Shown one piece after another: positions 54,826 through 63,842 of a stretch of DNA of 64,000 nt; position 1 is the first letter of the stretch; every line of letters starts with the position of its first letter. This DNA comes from Gemmatimonadales bacterium. Its GTDB lineage: Bacteria; Gemmatimonadota; Gemmatimonadetes; Gemmatimonadales; GWC2-71-9. Under the pieces are notes generated by a model. That model made no database searches, had not been told where the DNA came from, and saw only the letters and a list, made by a program, of their open reading frames with translations. The stretch spans positions 30,412 through 94,411 of the forward strand of contig JBDIWC010000009.1 in NCBI GenBank assembly GCA_039794085.1, written 5' to 3'. A program made the translations under genes and the position numbers.

Positions 54826-57600
54826 ATGGTTGCGAACCTGCTCAAACACACAGCCCGCGCCTCGCTGGGCGCCCTGCTCACCGTCACCCTGGCTCAGGCC
54901 CAGGGTATTCATTCCCCGAAGCAGCATATCGGCTTCAACATCGGCGACGACTACCAGCTCGCCACCTACACCCAGCTGGCGGATTACTGGACCTACCTGG
55001 CCGGGGCCTCGGACCGGATGAAGCTGGTGGAGATCGGGAAGACCGCCGAGGGGCGCCCCCAGCTCATGGCCATCATCTCGAGCCCTGCCAACCTAGCCCG
55101 CCTCGACCACTACAAGGACATCGCGACCCGGCTGGCGCGCGCGGAAGGGCTGACCGACGACCAGGCCCGGGCCCTGGCGCGGGAGGGGAAAGCGGTCATC
55201 TGGATCGATGGCGGGCTGCACGCCACCGAGGTGCTCGGCGCCCACCAACTGATCGAGCATGTGTGGCAGATGGTGAGTCACACCGACCCCGAAACGATGC
55301 GCATTCTGGACGATGTCATCCAGCTCGTGGTCCACGCCAATCCCGACGGGATGGAGCTCGTGTCAAGCTGGTACATGCGGAACCCCGACCCCACCAGGCG
55401 CTCGTATGGTGACATTCCACGACTCTACCAGAAGTACATCGGTCACGACAACAACCGCGACTTCTATCTGAACGCGATGCCCGAGTCGGAGAACATGAGC
55501 CGGGTTCTCTACCGGGAGTGGTACCCCCAGATCATGTACAACCACCACCAGACCGGGCCCGCCGGAACGGTGATGTTCATGCCGCCGTTCCGCGACCCCT
55601 TCAACTACGTGTATGACCCGCTGATCCCCGCCGGCCTGAATCTCGTGGGCGCGGCGATGGAAACCCGCATGGCCGCCGAGCGGAAGCCCGGGACCACGCG
55701 GCGGAACGGGGCCAACTACAGCACCTGGTGGAACGGGGGCCTGCGCACCACCGCCTACTTCCACAACATGATCGGTCTCCTCACCGAAACCATCGGCAGC
55801 CCCACCCCGATGCAGATCCCGCTGGTGGTGAGCCGGCAGATCCCCACCGGCGACACCCCCTACCCCATCGAGCCCCAGACCTGGCACTTCCGCCAGTCGA
55901 TCGACTACTCCATCACCGCCAACCGGGCGGTGCTCGACGTGGCCTCGAAATACCGGGAGGACTTCCTCTACAACATCTACCAGATGGGCCGGAATTCGAT
56001 CGAGCGGGGGAACCGCGACACCTGGACCCGCTGGCCCCGGCGGGTGGAACGGATCGCCGACGCCGCCGCCAGGGACCGTGCCGCCTCCCCATCCCGTCCC
56101 AACACGGGCGGCTTCCCCGGCGGGGGAGCAGGAGTGGTGGATGCCAAGTACATGGCGGAGTTCCGGGCTCCGGAGCTTCGTGACCCGCGCGGATACATCC
56201 TGCCCAGCGACCAGCCCGACTTTTCGACCGCCACCAAGTTCGTCAACGCATTGCTCAAGTCGGGCATCGACATCCATCGCGCCACGCGGGAGTTCACGAT
56301 CCAGGGCAAGCCGTATCCAGCCGGCTCGTGGGTCATCAAGACGGCCCAGGCGTTCCGGCCGCACATCATCGACATGATGGAGCCCCAGGACCATCCCGAT
56401 GACATTCCCTATCCGGGAGGCCCACCACGGCCCCCGTACGACAACGCCGGGTACACCCTCGCCATGCAGATGGGCGTCCAGTATGACCGCATCCTGGAAG
56501 GTTTCGACGGCCCCTTCGAGAAGGTGACATCGCTCCTGGCGTCGCCTCTGCCGGGGACCGTCGCCCGCGGACCGGCCGGATACCTCCTGGGCCGGGATGC
56601 CAACGACGCCTTCCTGGCCGTCAATCGCCTCCTGGCGGCCGGTGCCGAGGTGCGCCAACTCACCTCGGCGGTGAACGCGGGAGGCGAGGTCATCCCGGCC
56701 GGAACCTTCCACATCCCGGCCACCGGGCGCAGCACCCCCATCATCCAGAAGGCGGCTCAGGAGCGGGGCCTGCATTTCCGAGCCGCGCCCTCCGCCGTGT
56801 CCCGGGCTGGAGCCCGGCTGCAACCGCTCCGGATCGGCCTCGCCGACCGGTACGGCGGCTCCATGCCCTCGGGGTGGATCCGGTACCTGTTGGAGCAGTT
56901 CGAGTTCCCCTTCGAGGTCGTGTACCCCCAGCGTCTCGACGCCGGCAACCTGCGCACCGCCTTCGATGTGCTGATTCTCCCCGATGGGGCCACACCGTCA
57001 GGCCGGGGAGGAGGGCGCTTCGGCGGCCGAGGTCCGACTCCGGAGGAGATTCCCGCGGAGTACCGGGATCGCCTGGGCGCCATTACCGAGCAGACCACGG
57101 TCCCGGCGCTCCGCGCCTTCCTGGATGAGGGAGGAACGGTGCTCACCATCGGGAGTTCCACCAACCTGGCCGAACTGATGGGCCTTCCCGTCACCAACCA
57201 CCTGGTCGAGACGGGACCGTCGGGGACTCCCACTCCCCTTCCACGGGAGAAGTACTACATCCCCGCGTCCCTGCTCACGGTCCAGGTGGACAGGACCCAT
57301 CCCATCGCCTGGGGGATGGCGGATTCGGCGATCGTGTTGTTCAATCAGAGCCCCGTGTTCGACCGCCCCGCCGCCTCGGCCGCGCCGTCGGTCACCCCGA
57401 TCGCCTGGTTCGCGGATGGGAGCCCCCTGCGGTCCGGGTGGGCCTGGGGAGAGGATCACCTGGAGGGAGGGGTCGCCGTGGCCGAGGCCAAGGTCGGCAG
57501 AGGGTCCCTGGTTCTCTTTGGACCGGAGATCACCTTCCGGGCCCAGCCGCATGGCACCTTCCGGTTCCTGTTCAACGGTCTGGTCGGCGCAGCTCGGTAG
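54826..57600 (+). CDS. Secreted M14 family zinc metallopeptidase
   Basis: Signal peptide; GLHATE (HxxE), NPDG, HDNNRD, YNHHQ. Confidence 0.88.
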   Translation: MVANLLKHTARASLGALLTVTLAQAQGIHSPKQHIGFNIGDDYQLATYTQLADYWTYLAGASDRMKLVEIGKTAEGRPQLMAIISSPANLARLDHYKDIATRLARAEGLTDDQARALAREGKAVIWIDGGLHATEVLGAHQLIEHVWQMVSHTDPETMRILDDVIQLVVHANPDGMELVSSWYMRNPDPTRRSYGDIPRLYQKYIGHDNNRDFYLNAMPESENMSRVLYREWYPQIMYNHHQTGPAGTVMFMPPFRDPFNYVYDPLIPAGLNLVGAAMETRMAAERKPGTTRRNGANYSTWWNGGLRTTAYFHNMIGLLTETIGSPTPMQIPLVVSRQIPTGDTPYPIEPQTWHFRQSIDYSITANRAVLDVASKYREDFLYNIYQMGRNSIERGNRDTWTRWPRRVERIADAAARDRAASPSRPNTGGFPGGGAGVVDAKYMAEFRAPELRDPRGYILPSDQPDFSTATKFVNALLKSGIDIHRATREFTIQGKPYPAGSWVIKTAQAFRPHIIDMMEPQDHPDDIPYPGGPPRPPYDNAGYTLAMQMGVQYDRILEGFDGPFEKVTSLLASPLPGTVARGPAGYLLGRDANDAFLAVNRLLAAGAEVRQLTSAVNAGGEVIPAGTFHIPATGRSTPIIQKAAQERGLHFRAAPSAVSRAGARLQPLRIGLADRYGGSMPSGWIRYLLEQFEFPFEVVYPQRLDAGNLRTAFDVLILPDGATPSGRGGGRFGGRGPTPEEIPAEYRDRLGAITEQTTVPALRAFLDEGGTVLTIGSSTNLAELMGLPVTNHLVETGPSGTPTPLPREKYYIPASLLTVQVDRTHPIAWGMADSAIVLFNQSPVFDRPAASAAPSVTPIAWFADGSPLRSGWAWGEDHLEGGVAVAEAKVGRGSLVLFGPEITFRAQPHGTFRFLFNGLVGAAR

Positions 57601-57632
57601 TCGCCCGGTCTCCTCCCGAGGGGAAACGCAGG

Positions 57633-57668
57633 CGGGGAGGTCCCCAGGGACCTCCCCGTTCGCCTTTC
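57633..57668 (+). terminator. Hairpin after the peptidase, probable terminator
   Basis: CGGGGAGGTCCC-CA-GGGACCTCCCCG followed by TTCGCCTTT. Confidence 0.55.
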
Positions 57669-57688
57669 TCCACCGGCCCGCCGCGCCG

Positions 57689-57862
57689 CTACCGTCCCGG
57701 TTCGGGGTCCTCGTCCTCGACCCAGCAGATGTCCAGGAGCCGAGCGAGGAGCAGGGGTTTTGCACCGGGGGATCCCAGGATCGGTTCCAGACGAATGAGT
57801 TGCGCTGCGGCTCCGGTCGGCTGGGGCGTGGAGAGGGGGGATTCGCCGTTCGGGTGTGGCAT
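57689..57862 (-). CDS. Possible small hypothetical protein (57 aa)
   Basis: ATG preceded by GGAGG; fills an otherwise empty gap; no recognisable motif. Confidence 0.25.
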   Translation of the reverse strand: MPHPNGESPLSTPQPTGAAAQLIRLEPILGSPGAKPLLLARLLDICWVEDEDPEPGR

Positions 57863-58119
57863 TGATGCCTCCCGGAGAAGAGGGTCGTCTTCCTGCGGGC
57901 GCAAGAAGCGGTCCACAGTCCATGGGGAGCATTATCGGACGGGACGGCCTGAAATCGAGCGAGTGTGCTCTCCCCCACCTCAGAAGCGTCTCCTCTGGAA
58001 CACGGATTGTGGGGTCGCTGCACCACATCGCGGCGTTTCTGGCGCTCCGGTGCTACCTTTCAGCGCATCCCCATCTGCATCCCCTGTGCTGTGTCGTCGA
58101 CTCACACCTTGGAGGTTTT

Positions 58120-58473
58120 GTGCCCCTTGCTGCGATTCTCCTCTGCGGATTCCTCGCCGGGTGCACCTCGTGGCACGTCGAGGACGCTCCGGTGGCCGAA
58201 GTCCTCACCCGGGACCAGCCGGACGTTGTCCGGGTCACGCGAATCGATGAGACCACCCTTCCGGTGTATGACCCCCGGGTTGTCGGCACCTCCCTGCGCG
58301 GGCTCCCTACCGCGAGGGCGGTCAACGGCATCAGCATTGCCCTGGGGGACATCCGTTCCGTGGCCACCAAGCGGTTCAGCTTCGGCAAGACTTTCCTGGT
58401 GGTTCTGGCGGGCATCGGCGGTGTTGTCCTCTTCGACCTCCTCCAATCCACCAACAGCAACGCCACCTTCTGA
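58120..58473 (+). CDS. Small hypothetical lipoprotein with C-terminal TM segment
   Basis: GGAGG then GTG; lipobox FLAGC; hydrophobic C-terminus. Confidence 0.65.
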   Translation: MPLAAILLCGFLAGCTSWHVEDAPVAEVLTRDQPDVVRVTRIDETTLPVYDPRVVGTSLRGLPTARAVNGISIALGDIRSVATKRFSFGKTFLVVLAGIGGVVLFDLLQSTNSNATF

Positions 58474-58497
58474 CCAGGGAGATCCCCACCCGAACCC

Positions 58498-59151
58498 ATG
58501 CCCCTCCTCCGCGTGACCGCCTCGGTGATTGTGGCCCTCCTCGGGCTGGCCACGCCGGGCACCGCCCAGCAATCCGACTCCACGTTGGATGTCACGGTGC
58601 GGGTTCCGGGGACCATCCCGGGGCTTCAGGTTCGGCTCTTTGTGAATGGCAGCCTGGCCCGATTCCGGTTTCCGGGGAGTGGTGAGGTGACGCTCCCGTT
58701 TGCCCTCGCCCGGACCGGCCCCATCCGGCTGGAGTTCCATCTGGTCGACAAGCCCGCCGTAACGATGGTGGACAAGTGGACAGCGCAGGCCACCCTCAAC
58801 GGGTCGGGCCATGTCGTCTGGGAAATCCAAGGGATCGGGGCGTCCACCGTCCGGCAATGGGCCGCCCTGCGACTGGGGGCAAGCGGGAATGAACCGCTCG
58901 ATGTTCTGGTGGCGGGACGCAGGGCGGGACGAACACCTCTCACCACCGGCGTCGCTCCCGGAGGACCGTGGGAGATCCTCTGGCGGCACCCCGATGGAAC
59001 CACGGCGTGCGTGACGGACCTGGAAACCGGGGCCGACCAGACTCAAGAGCTGACGTGCGATCCCACGACCGGGACGGTCCGAACCACCCCGCCGGGGGAT
59101 CAGCCCGCCGAGGCGCCGGTCTTCCCCTCGATTCGCTCCCGCAGTTTCTGA
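58498..59151 (+). CDS. Hypothetical exported protein (C-terminal PEGA-like segment)
   Basis: Signal peptide ending GTA-Q; DVLVAGRRAGRTPL resembles the PEGA V-x-x-D-G-x-x-x-G-x-T-P pattern. Confidence 0.6.
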   Translation: MPLLRVTASVIVALLGLATPGTAQQSDSTLDVTVRVPGTIPGLQVRLFVNGSLARFRFPGSGEVTLPFALARTGPIRLEFHLVDKPAVTMVDKWTAQATLNGSGHVVWEIQGIGASTVRQWAALRLGASGNEPLDVLVAGRRAGRTPLTTGVAPGGPWEILWRHPDGTTACVTDLETGADQTQELTCDPTTGTVRTTPPGDQPAEAPVFPSIRSRSF

Positions 59152-59396
59152 ACATCGAGCGCCTGGAAGGCAAGCAGCCTCCGGAGTACCCGCACCTCCT
59201 CCTCGATGGCCTTCACCTTGGCATCCGCTGTGCCGTGCGGTACCCTCACGCTCCGGCCCCGCCACCGATAGTACGTCAGCTCGGAAATCCCGTGCCGCCG
59301 GCAGATGTCCCGAACCGGAGTTCCCGCCTCCTCCTCCAGGAGGATGGACGCGATCTCATCCTCGGTGAACGTGGTTCCGGTCCGGATGGCTCCCAT
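59100..59396 (-). CDS. IS3-family transposase OrfA-like HTH protein, no OrfB present
   Basis: FTEDEIASIL.E.EAG.PV.DICRRHGISE.TYYRWR followed by a leucine-zipper-like VKAIEEEVRVLRRLLA..ALD. Confidence 0.75.
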   Translation of the reverse strand: MGAIRTGTTFTEDEIASILLEEEAGTPVRDICRRHGISELTYYRWRGRSVRVPHGTADAKVKAIEEEVRVLRRLLAFQALDVQKLRERIEGKTGASAG

Positions 59397-59584
59397 GCTG
59401 TGACTCTCCCGCAGGACAGACTATACCGTGAAGTGCCGTGATCCCTTGTGTCTCTTACGGGACGGTCCAACGATTTGTTTCCGGTTCGCCTCCTCGCGAT
59501 GACGGTGACGCCCCAGTGACAATTGGATGCACACCGATCCCACAGGGTTGCGGGATCCCCGGGAGGATGCGCCGGGAAAGCCCC

Positions 59585-60598
59585 CTATCCCACCACCTCC
59601 CAGGTGCTTCCCCGCATGAGCAGCTCATCGAGACTCCCGGGTCCCTCCTCCAGTTCGCCGGCAATCGCCTCGAACAGTACGTCCTCGAAACTCGGCGCCG
59701 GGTCGTCGAGGATGACTCCGACAGCCACGGGGAACTCCGGCGGAGCGAGCTGCACCAGCATGGCGGCCAGCGACCGGTTGCGCTGATCGTGCACCAGGAT
59801 GTCCTCCATGGTGATTCCCTTCTCGCCGAGGGTCACCACCTCCAGCTCCAGGTTCCCCGGCCGAAGCCGCAGGCCCTGCGACCGATCGGCGCCGAAGAGC
59901 ATCGGCTGGCCATGCACCAGCGGGAGTTGCTTGTCCGCCGCCACCTTCCGATCGGTGAACTCGTCGAACGCCCCGTCGTTGAACACGACGCAGTTCTGGA
60001 AGATCTCCACCAGGGCGGCTCCTCGATGCTCATGAGCCCGCTTCAGGACCTCGACCAGAAGGGGTTGCTGGACGTCCACCGCCCGGGCGAAAAACCTGGC
60101 TCCGGCCCCGATGGCAAAGGCACCCGGCACGATCGGGGCATCCAGCGACCCCCGGGGCGTGGAGGGCGACCGGGTGCCACGACGGGAGGTGGGAGAGACC
60201 TGCCCCTTGGTGAGCCCGTAGATCTCGTTGTTGAACAGCAGTAATTGCAGGTTCACGTTCCGCCGCAGGACGTGCAGCGTGTGGTTGCCCCCGATGCTGA
60301 GTCCGTCTCCGTCCCCCATCACCACCCAGACATCCAGTTCCGGATTGGCCAGCTTGACTCCGGTGGCGATGGCGGGCGCCCGGCCATGGATGGTGTGGAA
60401 CCCGTAGGTCGACACGTAATACGGAAACCGCGACGCACACCCGATGCCGGACACGAACACCGTCTGTTCGCGCCGTACCTCCAGGTCCGCGAGCGTCCGG
60501 GTCATCGCCTTCAGAATCGCATAGTCGCCACAGCCGGGGCACCAGCGGATTTCCTGGTCCGAGGTGTAGTCCTTGGGAGCGAGCGCTGTCGTGGTCAT
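59585..60598 (-). CDS. 2-oxoacid:ferredoxin oxidoreductase subunit beta
   Basis: WCPGCGD, VSGIGC, HGRA, GDGDGLSIGGNH, NNEIYGLTKGQ.SPT. Confidence 0.95.
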   Translation of the reverse strand: MTTTALAPKDYTSDQEIRWCPGCGDYAILKAMTRTLADLEVRREQTVFVSGIGCASRFPYYVSTYGFHTIHGRAPAIATGVKLANPELDVWVVMGDGDGLSIGGNHTLHVLRRNVNLQLLLFNNEIYGLTKGQVSPTSRRGTRSPSTPRGSLDAPIVPGAFAIGAGARFFARAVDVQQPLLVEVLKRAHEHRGAALVEIFQNCVVFNDGAFDEFTDRKVAADKQLPLVHGQPMLFGADRSQGLRLRPGNLELEVVTLGEKGITMEDILVHDQRNRSLAAMLVQLAPPEFPVAVGVILDDPAPSFEDVLFEAIAGELEEGPGSLDELLMRGSTWEVVG

Positions 60599-62466
60599 GC
60601 GGTGTCCTCCAGTCGGGCCCGGATCGCGGTCAGAATCTCTCTCACCTTGAACGGCTTGCCCGTCACCTTGTTGAGGCCCTCCGCCGGGAGGAGGAAGGTG
60701 CTTCGGAGCATCGTCACCAGTTGTCCCGCATTCATCTCGGGCACCAGAATGCGGGTGAACCGGCTCAGCAATTCTCCCAGATTGGCCGGGAACGGATGGA
60801 GATGGCGGATGTGAACCTGGCTGACGGAAAGTCCCATGGCCCGGGCCTCGGTCACGGCCTTGTGAATCGGTCCCCAGGTGGACCCCCACCCCACCACCAC
60901 CAGATCACCCTCCTCCTCCCCCACGGACACCGACTGGGCCGGAATGTCCCGCGCGATTCCGGCGATCTTTCCTTGCCGAAGGTCGGTCATGCGCTGGTGA
61001 TTGGTCGGGTCGTAGGAGATGTGGCCGGAATGCTCCGACTTTTCCAACCCCCCGATCCGATGCTCGAGACCCGGTGTGCCGGGAATGGCCCAGACCCGGG
61101 CGAGTGTGTCCGGGTCCCGGAGGAAGGGGTGGAACCCCTCGGGATCGGTTCGGAAGGAGACGGGAAATTCCGGAACGGCGGAGAGGTCGGGAAGGAGCCA
61201 TGGTTCCGCGGCGTTGGCGAGGTAGCCATCGGTCAGTACGATCACCGGGGTCATGTACCGGGTGGCGATTCGGACCGCCTCGATGCCAACCTCGAAACAA
61301 TCGCTGGGCGTGGAGGTGGCGAGGACCGCCAGGGGCGAATCGCCGTTGCGCCCGTAGACCGCCTGGTACAGATCGGACTGTTCGGTCTTGGTGGGGAGAC
61401 CGGTGGAGGGACCCGCTCGCTGCGAGTTCACGATGATGAGCGGGAGCTCCGCGCTGATGGCGAGTCCCATCGCCTCCGTCTTGAGGGCAATTCCGGGCCC
61501 GGAGCTGGAGGTCACGCCGAGCGCTCCGGCATAGCTGGCCCCGATGGCGGAGCAGATCGCCGCGATCTCATCCTCGGCCTGAAAGGTGACGACGCCGTGG
61601 CGCCGCAACCCCGCCAGCACGTGCAGCAACGGGGACGCCGGCGTGATCGGATACGACCCGAAGACGAGGCGGGAGATCCCGGCGGAGCGCTGCCCCGCCA
61701 GGAGGCCCCAGGCCAACGCCTCGGTGCCACTCACGGTCCGGTAGGTTCCCGGCGGGAGGTCGGCCCGGGACACCGAGTACCCGGTGACCCCGCCCGGCAT
61801 CTCGGCCGTTTCTCCGTAGGCGTGGCCCGCGTTCAACGCCGCCACGTTGGCCTCGGCAATCGCGGGCATCTTCGCGAACTTGCGCCCGAGCCAGGTGATG
61901 GTGGCCTCCCGGTCCCGATCGTACATCCAGAGCATGAGGCCCAGGGCCCACATGTTCCGGCAGCGGAGCGCCTCCTTTGAGGTGATGCCGCACTCGGCCA
62001 CCGCCTGCTGGGTGAGGCGGGTGATGTCGAGGGCCATGACCTGCCACGGCGCCAGGGTCCCATCCTCGAGGGGGTTGGTGGCATACCCGGCCTTTTCGAG
62101 ATTTCGCGGCGTGAACACCGCCGTGTCCACCACCACGAGACCACCGGGACGCAGATCGGCAATGTTGGTGATGAGGGCCGCCGGGTTCATGGCGATGAGC
62201 ACGTCGAGTTCGTCGCCGGCGGTGAGCACATCCACGGAACCGAAGTGGATCTGGAAGGCGGACACCCCGAAGGTGGTTCCGGTCGGAGCTCGGATTTCGG
62301 CGGGATAGTCGGGGAAGGTGGCGAGATCGGCGCCGCCCAGGGCGGCCTCCACGGTGAATTGGGTGCCGGTCAACTGCATCCCGTCTCCCGAGTCCCCCGC
62401 GAAGCGGATGACGACCGACTCGCGGGTTTCCCGAATGGGACGGGCCATCGGACTGGACAGGGTCAT
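60595..62466 (-). CDS. 2-oxoacid:acceptor oxidoreductase subunit alpha
   Basis: FAGDSGDGMQL, PAEIRAP, SYPITPAS, QAEDEIAA, QRAGPSTGLPTKTEQSD, PEMNAGQL. Confidence 0.95.
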   Translation of the reverse strand: MTLSSPMARPIRETRESVVIRFAGDSGDGMQLTGTQFTVEAALGGADLATFPDYPAEIRAPTGTTFGVSAFQIHFGSVDVLTAGDELDVLIAMNPAALITNIADLRPGGLVVVDTAVFTPRNLEKAGYATNPLEDGTLAPWQVMALDITRLTQQAVAECGITSKEALRCRNMWALGLMLWMYDRDREATITWLGRKFAKMPAIAEANVAALNAGHAYGETAEMPGGVTGYSVSRADLPPGTYRTVSGTEALAWGLLAGQRSAGISRLVFGSYPITPASPLLHVLAGLRRHGVVTFQAEDEIAAICSAIGASYAGALGVTSSSGPGIALKTEAMGLAISAELPLIIVNSQRAGPSTGLPTKTEQSDLYQAVYGRNGDSPLAVLATSTPSDCFEVGIEAVRIATRYMTPVIVLTDGYLANAAEPWLLPDLSAVPEFPVSFRTDPEGFHPFLRDPDTLARVWAIPGTPGLEHRIGGLEKSEHSGHISYDPTNHQRMTDLRQGKIAGIARDIPAQSVSVGEEEGDLVVVGWGSTWGPIHKAVTEARAMGLSVSQVHIRHLHPFPANLGELLSRFTRILVPEMNAGQLVTMLRSTFLLPAEGLNKVTGKPFKVREILTAIRARLEDTA

Positions 62467-62634
62467 AAAACGAGCCGCCTCCCACGGCAGATCGGCAGCC
62501 CGGATGTTGCCCCCGGGCCACCTGGGTACTCCGGAAATCTAACCGGGGGTGAGGCAACGGCGCACGGGGCCACACAACAAGACCCGCCCCGCGCCCGATC
62601 ATCGCGGAACGCCATGAGGTGTCGTGGGGGATAC

Positions 62635-62668
62635 TTGACGGGGAGATCCGCAACGATTATGTTGCGGA
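62635..62668 (+). promoter_or_regulatory. Sigma70 promoter of the TA operon with overlapping palindromic operator
   Basis: TTGACG-N17-TATGTT; perfect inverted repeat TCCGCAAC-gattat-GTTGCGGA (62647-62668) covers the -10. Confidence 0.7.
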
Positions 62669-62687
62669 AAAGCACAAGGAGAGGACC

Positions 62688-63065
62688 ATGCCAGAAAAGG
62701 AGAGAGCCATGCCTGAAGAAGCCTTCCTGTATGACAGCTCATTGGCCTTTCAGGTGGCGGCCGGCCGGAGGGTTTTCGAGGCCCAGGCCGGATACGCTTC
62801 GTGGCTGGGGGTCAATCGCAGCCAAGTCACACGGGCGCTCCGAACCGGCCAGCGGCTTGGGGCCCGAGCGGCAGAGCGCTCCGCGGGCCTGGCCGCGGTC
62901 GTGGGATCTCTCCTCACGCTGATTGACGAGGAGACGATTCCGGCGTGGCTCCATGGAGTCAATGCCCATCTCGGGCATCGTCGCCCGATCGACCTGATCC
63001 ACGAAGGAGCAGTCGCCGAGGTGATGGCCGCCATCGAAAGTGAGCGAGCCGGCGCCTTCGCGTGA
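62688..63065 (+). CDS. Xre/MbcA/ParS-type antitoxin
   Basis: N-terminal HTH (YASWLGVNRSQVTR) and C-terminal WL...N..LG.RRPIDLI toxin-binding motif; GGAG RBS. Start 62688 or 62709. Confidence 0.8.
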   Translation: MPEKERAMPEEAFLYDSSLAFQVAAGRRVFEAQAGYASWLGVNRSQVTRALRTGQRLGARAAERSAGLAAVVGSLLTLIDEETIPAWLHGVNAHLGHRRPIDLIHEGAVAEVMAAIESERAGAFA

Positions 63066-63664
63066 GCCGCCTTCTCGGCTGGCGGTGTTTCCCCTGGGAC
63101 ACGGCGGCAGCCCCGGGGGACGAGGGATCGGCGGAGTGGTTGGCTCCCGGGCAGCGGACCGGTCGCTTCGACCTCTTCGGCAAGCCCCCGATTCTCTATC
63201 TCGGTGAGTCGGCGGCTCACGCCATCGCCGAAGTGCTCCAAGGATTCCGCGGCAACCCGTTCCATCCCGCCATGCTTCAGCGTCGAGGCCGACCTCTCGC
63301 CGTGGCCGCATTCCGCACGGCCTCCCTCTCGACCGGCACCCTTGCCGATCTGACCGATCCCTCCACGTTGGTGCGTCTGGGGATCCGTCCCGACCAGGTG
63401 GCGAGCCATGACCGCCGCACGACCCAGGAGCTGGCACGGCGGATCCACAACGCGGGTCATGCCGGTCTTCGCTGGTGGTCTTCCCTGACCGGGGAGTGGC
63501 ACACCACGGTCCTCCATGCCGACCGATGCGGGCCCGGCTCATGGATGGTCGACACTCCCGGCCCGCTCCTTCCGGAGCACCCTGCCCTGGCGGAGGCGCT
63601 CCGTTTTCTGCGAATGCCGGTGCCGGGTTCGGCCCAGGGGCGGCGACGCGGGTCCCGGCGCTAG
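63062..63664 (+). CDS. RES domain toxin (NAD+ phosphorylase family)
   Basis: GRFD (R), LYLGES...AIAE (E), GLRWWS (S), TQELARRI; GTGA overlap with the antitoxin. Confidence 0.82.
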   Translation: MSRLLGWRCFPWDTAAAPGDEGSAEWLAPGQRTGRFDLFGKPPILYLGESAAHAIAEVLQGFRGNPFHPAMLQRRGRPLAVAAFRTASLSTGTLADLTDPSTLVRLGIRPDQVASHDRRTTQELARRIHNAGHAGLRWWSSLTGEWHTTVLHADRCGPGSWMVDTPGPLLPEHPALAEALRFLRMPVPGSAQGRRRGSRR

Positions 63665-63698
63665 GAATTCAGGAACCTCTGATGATCGGAATGACAAC

Positions 63699-63784
63699 GG
63701 GCTCTTCAGGCTTTGGCATGGATCCATTTCATGCCCGGTCGGAGCGCTTTCCCTCACCTGAAAGCCAACCACAAAAACACAAAA
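63699..63784. repeat. Second copy of the ~65-bp dispersed element with AACCACAAAAACACAAAA arm
   Basis: GGGCTCTTCAGGCTTTGGCATGG is identical to 31195-31217; the remainder aligns with a few indels. Confidence 0.75.
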
Positions 63785-63842
63785 TGCGTGCTTGAATCCT
63801 CCGCGCCGGATCGTTGCCCACCGGCAGAACCCCAGGGAACCA

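Noticed and set aside
57996..58010. Third sigma54 promoter TGGAACACGGATTGT upstream of the small lipoprotein
   Set aside because: The -12 element reads GT rather than GC, and no GTGTC-N5-GACAC pair was found upstream.
59000..59584. Complete IS3 element
   Set aside because: No OrfB/DDE domain, terminal inverted repeats or target duplication visible.
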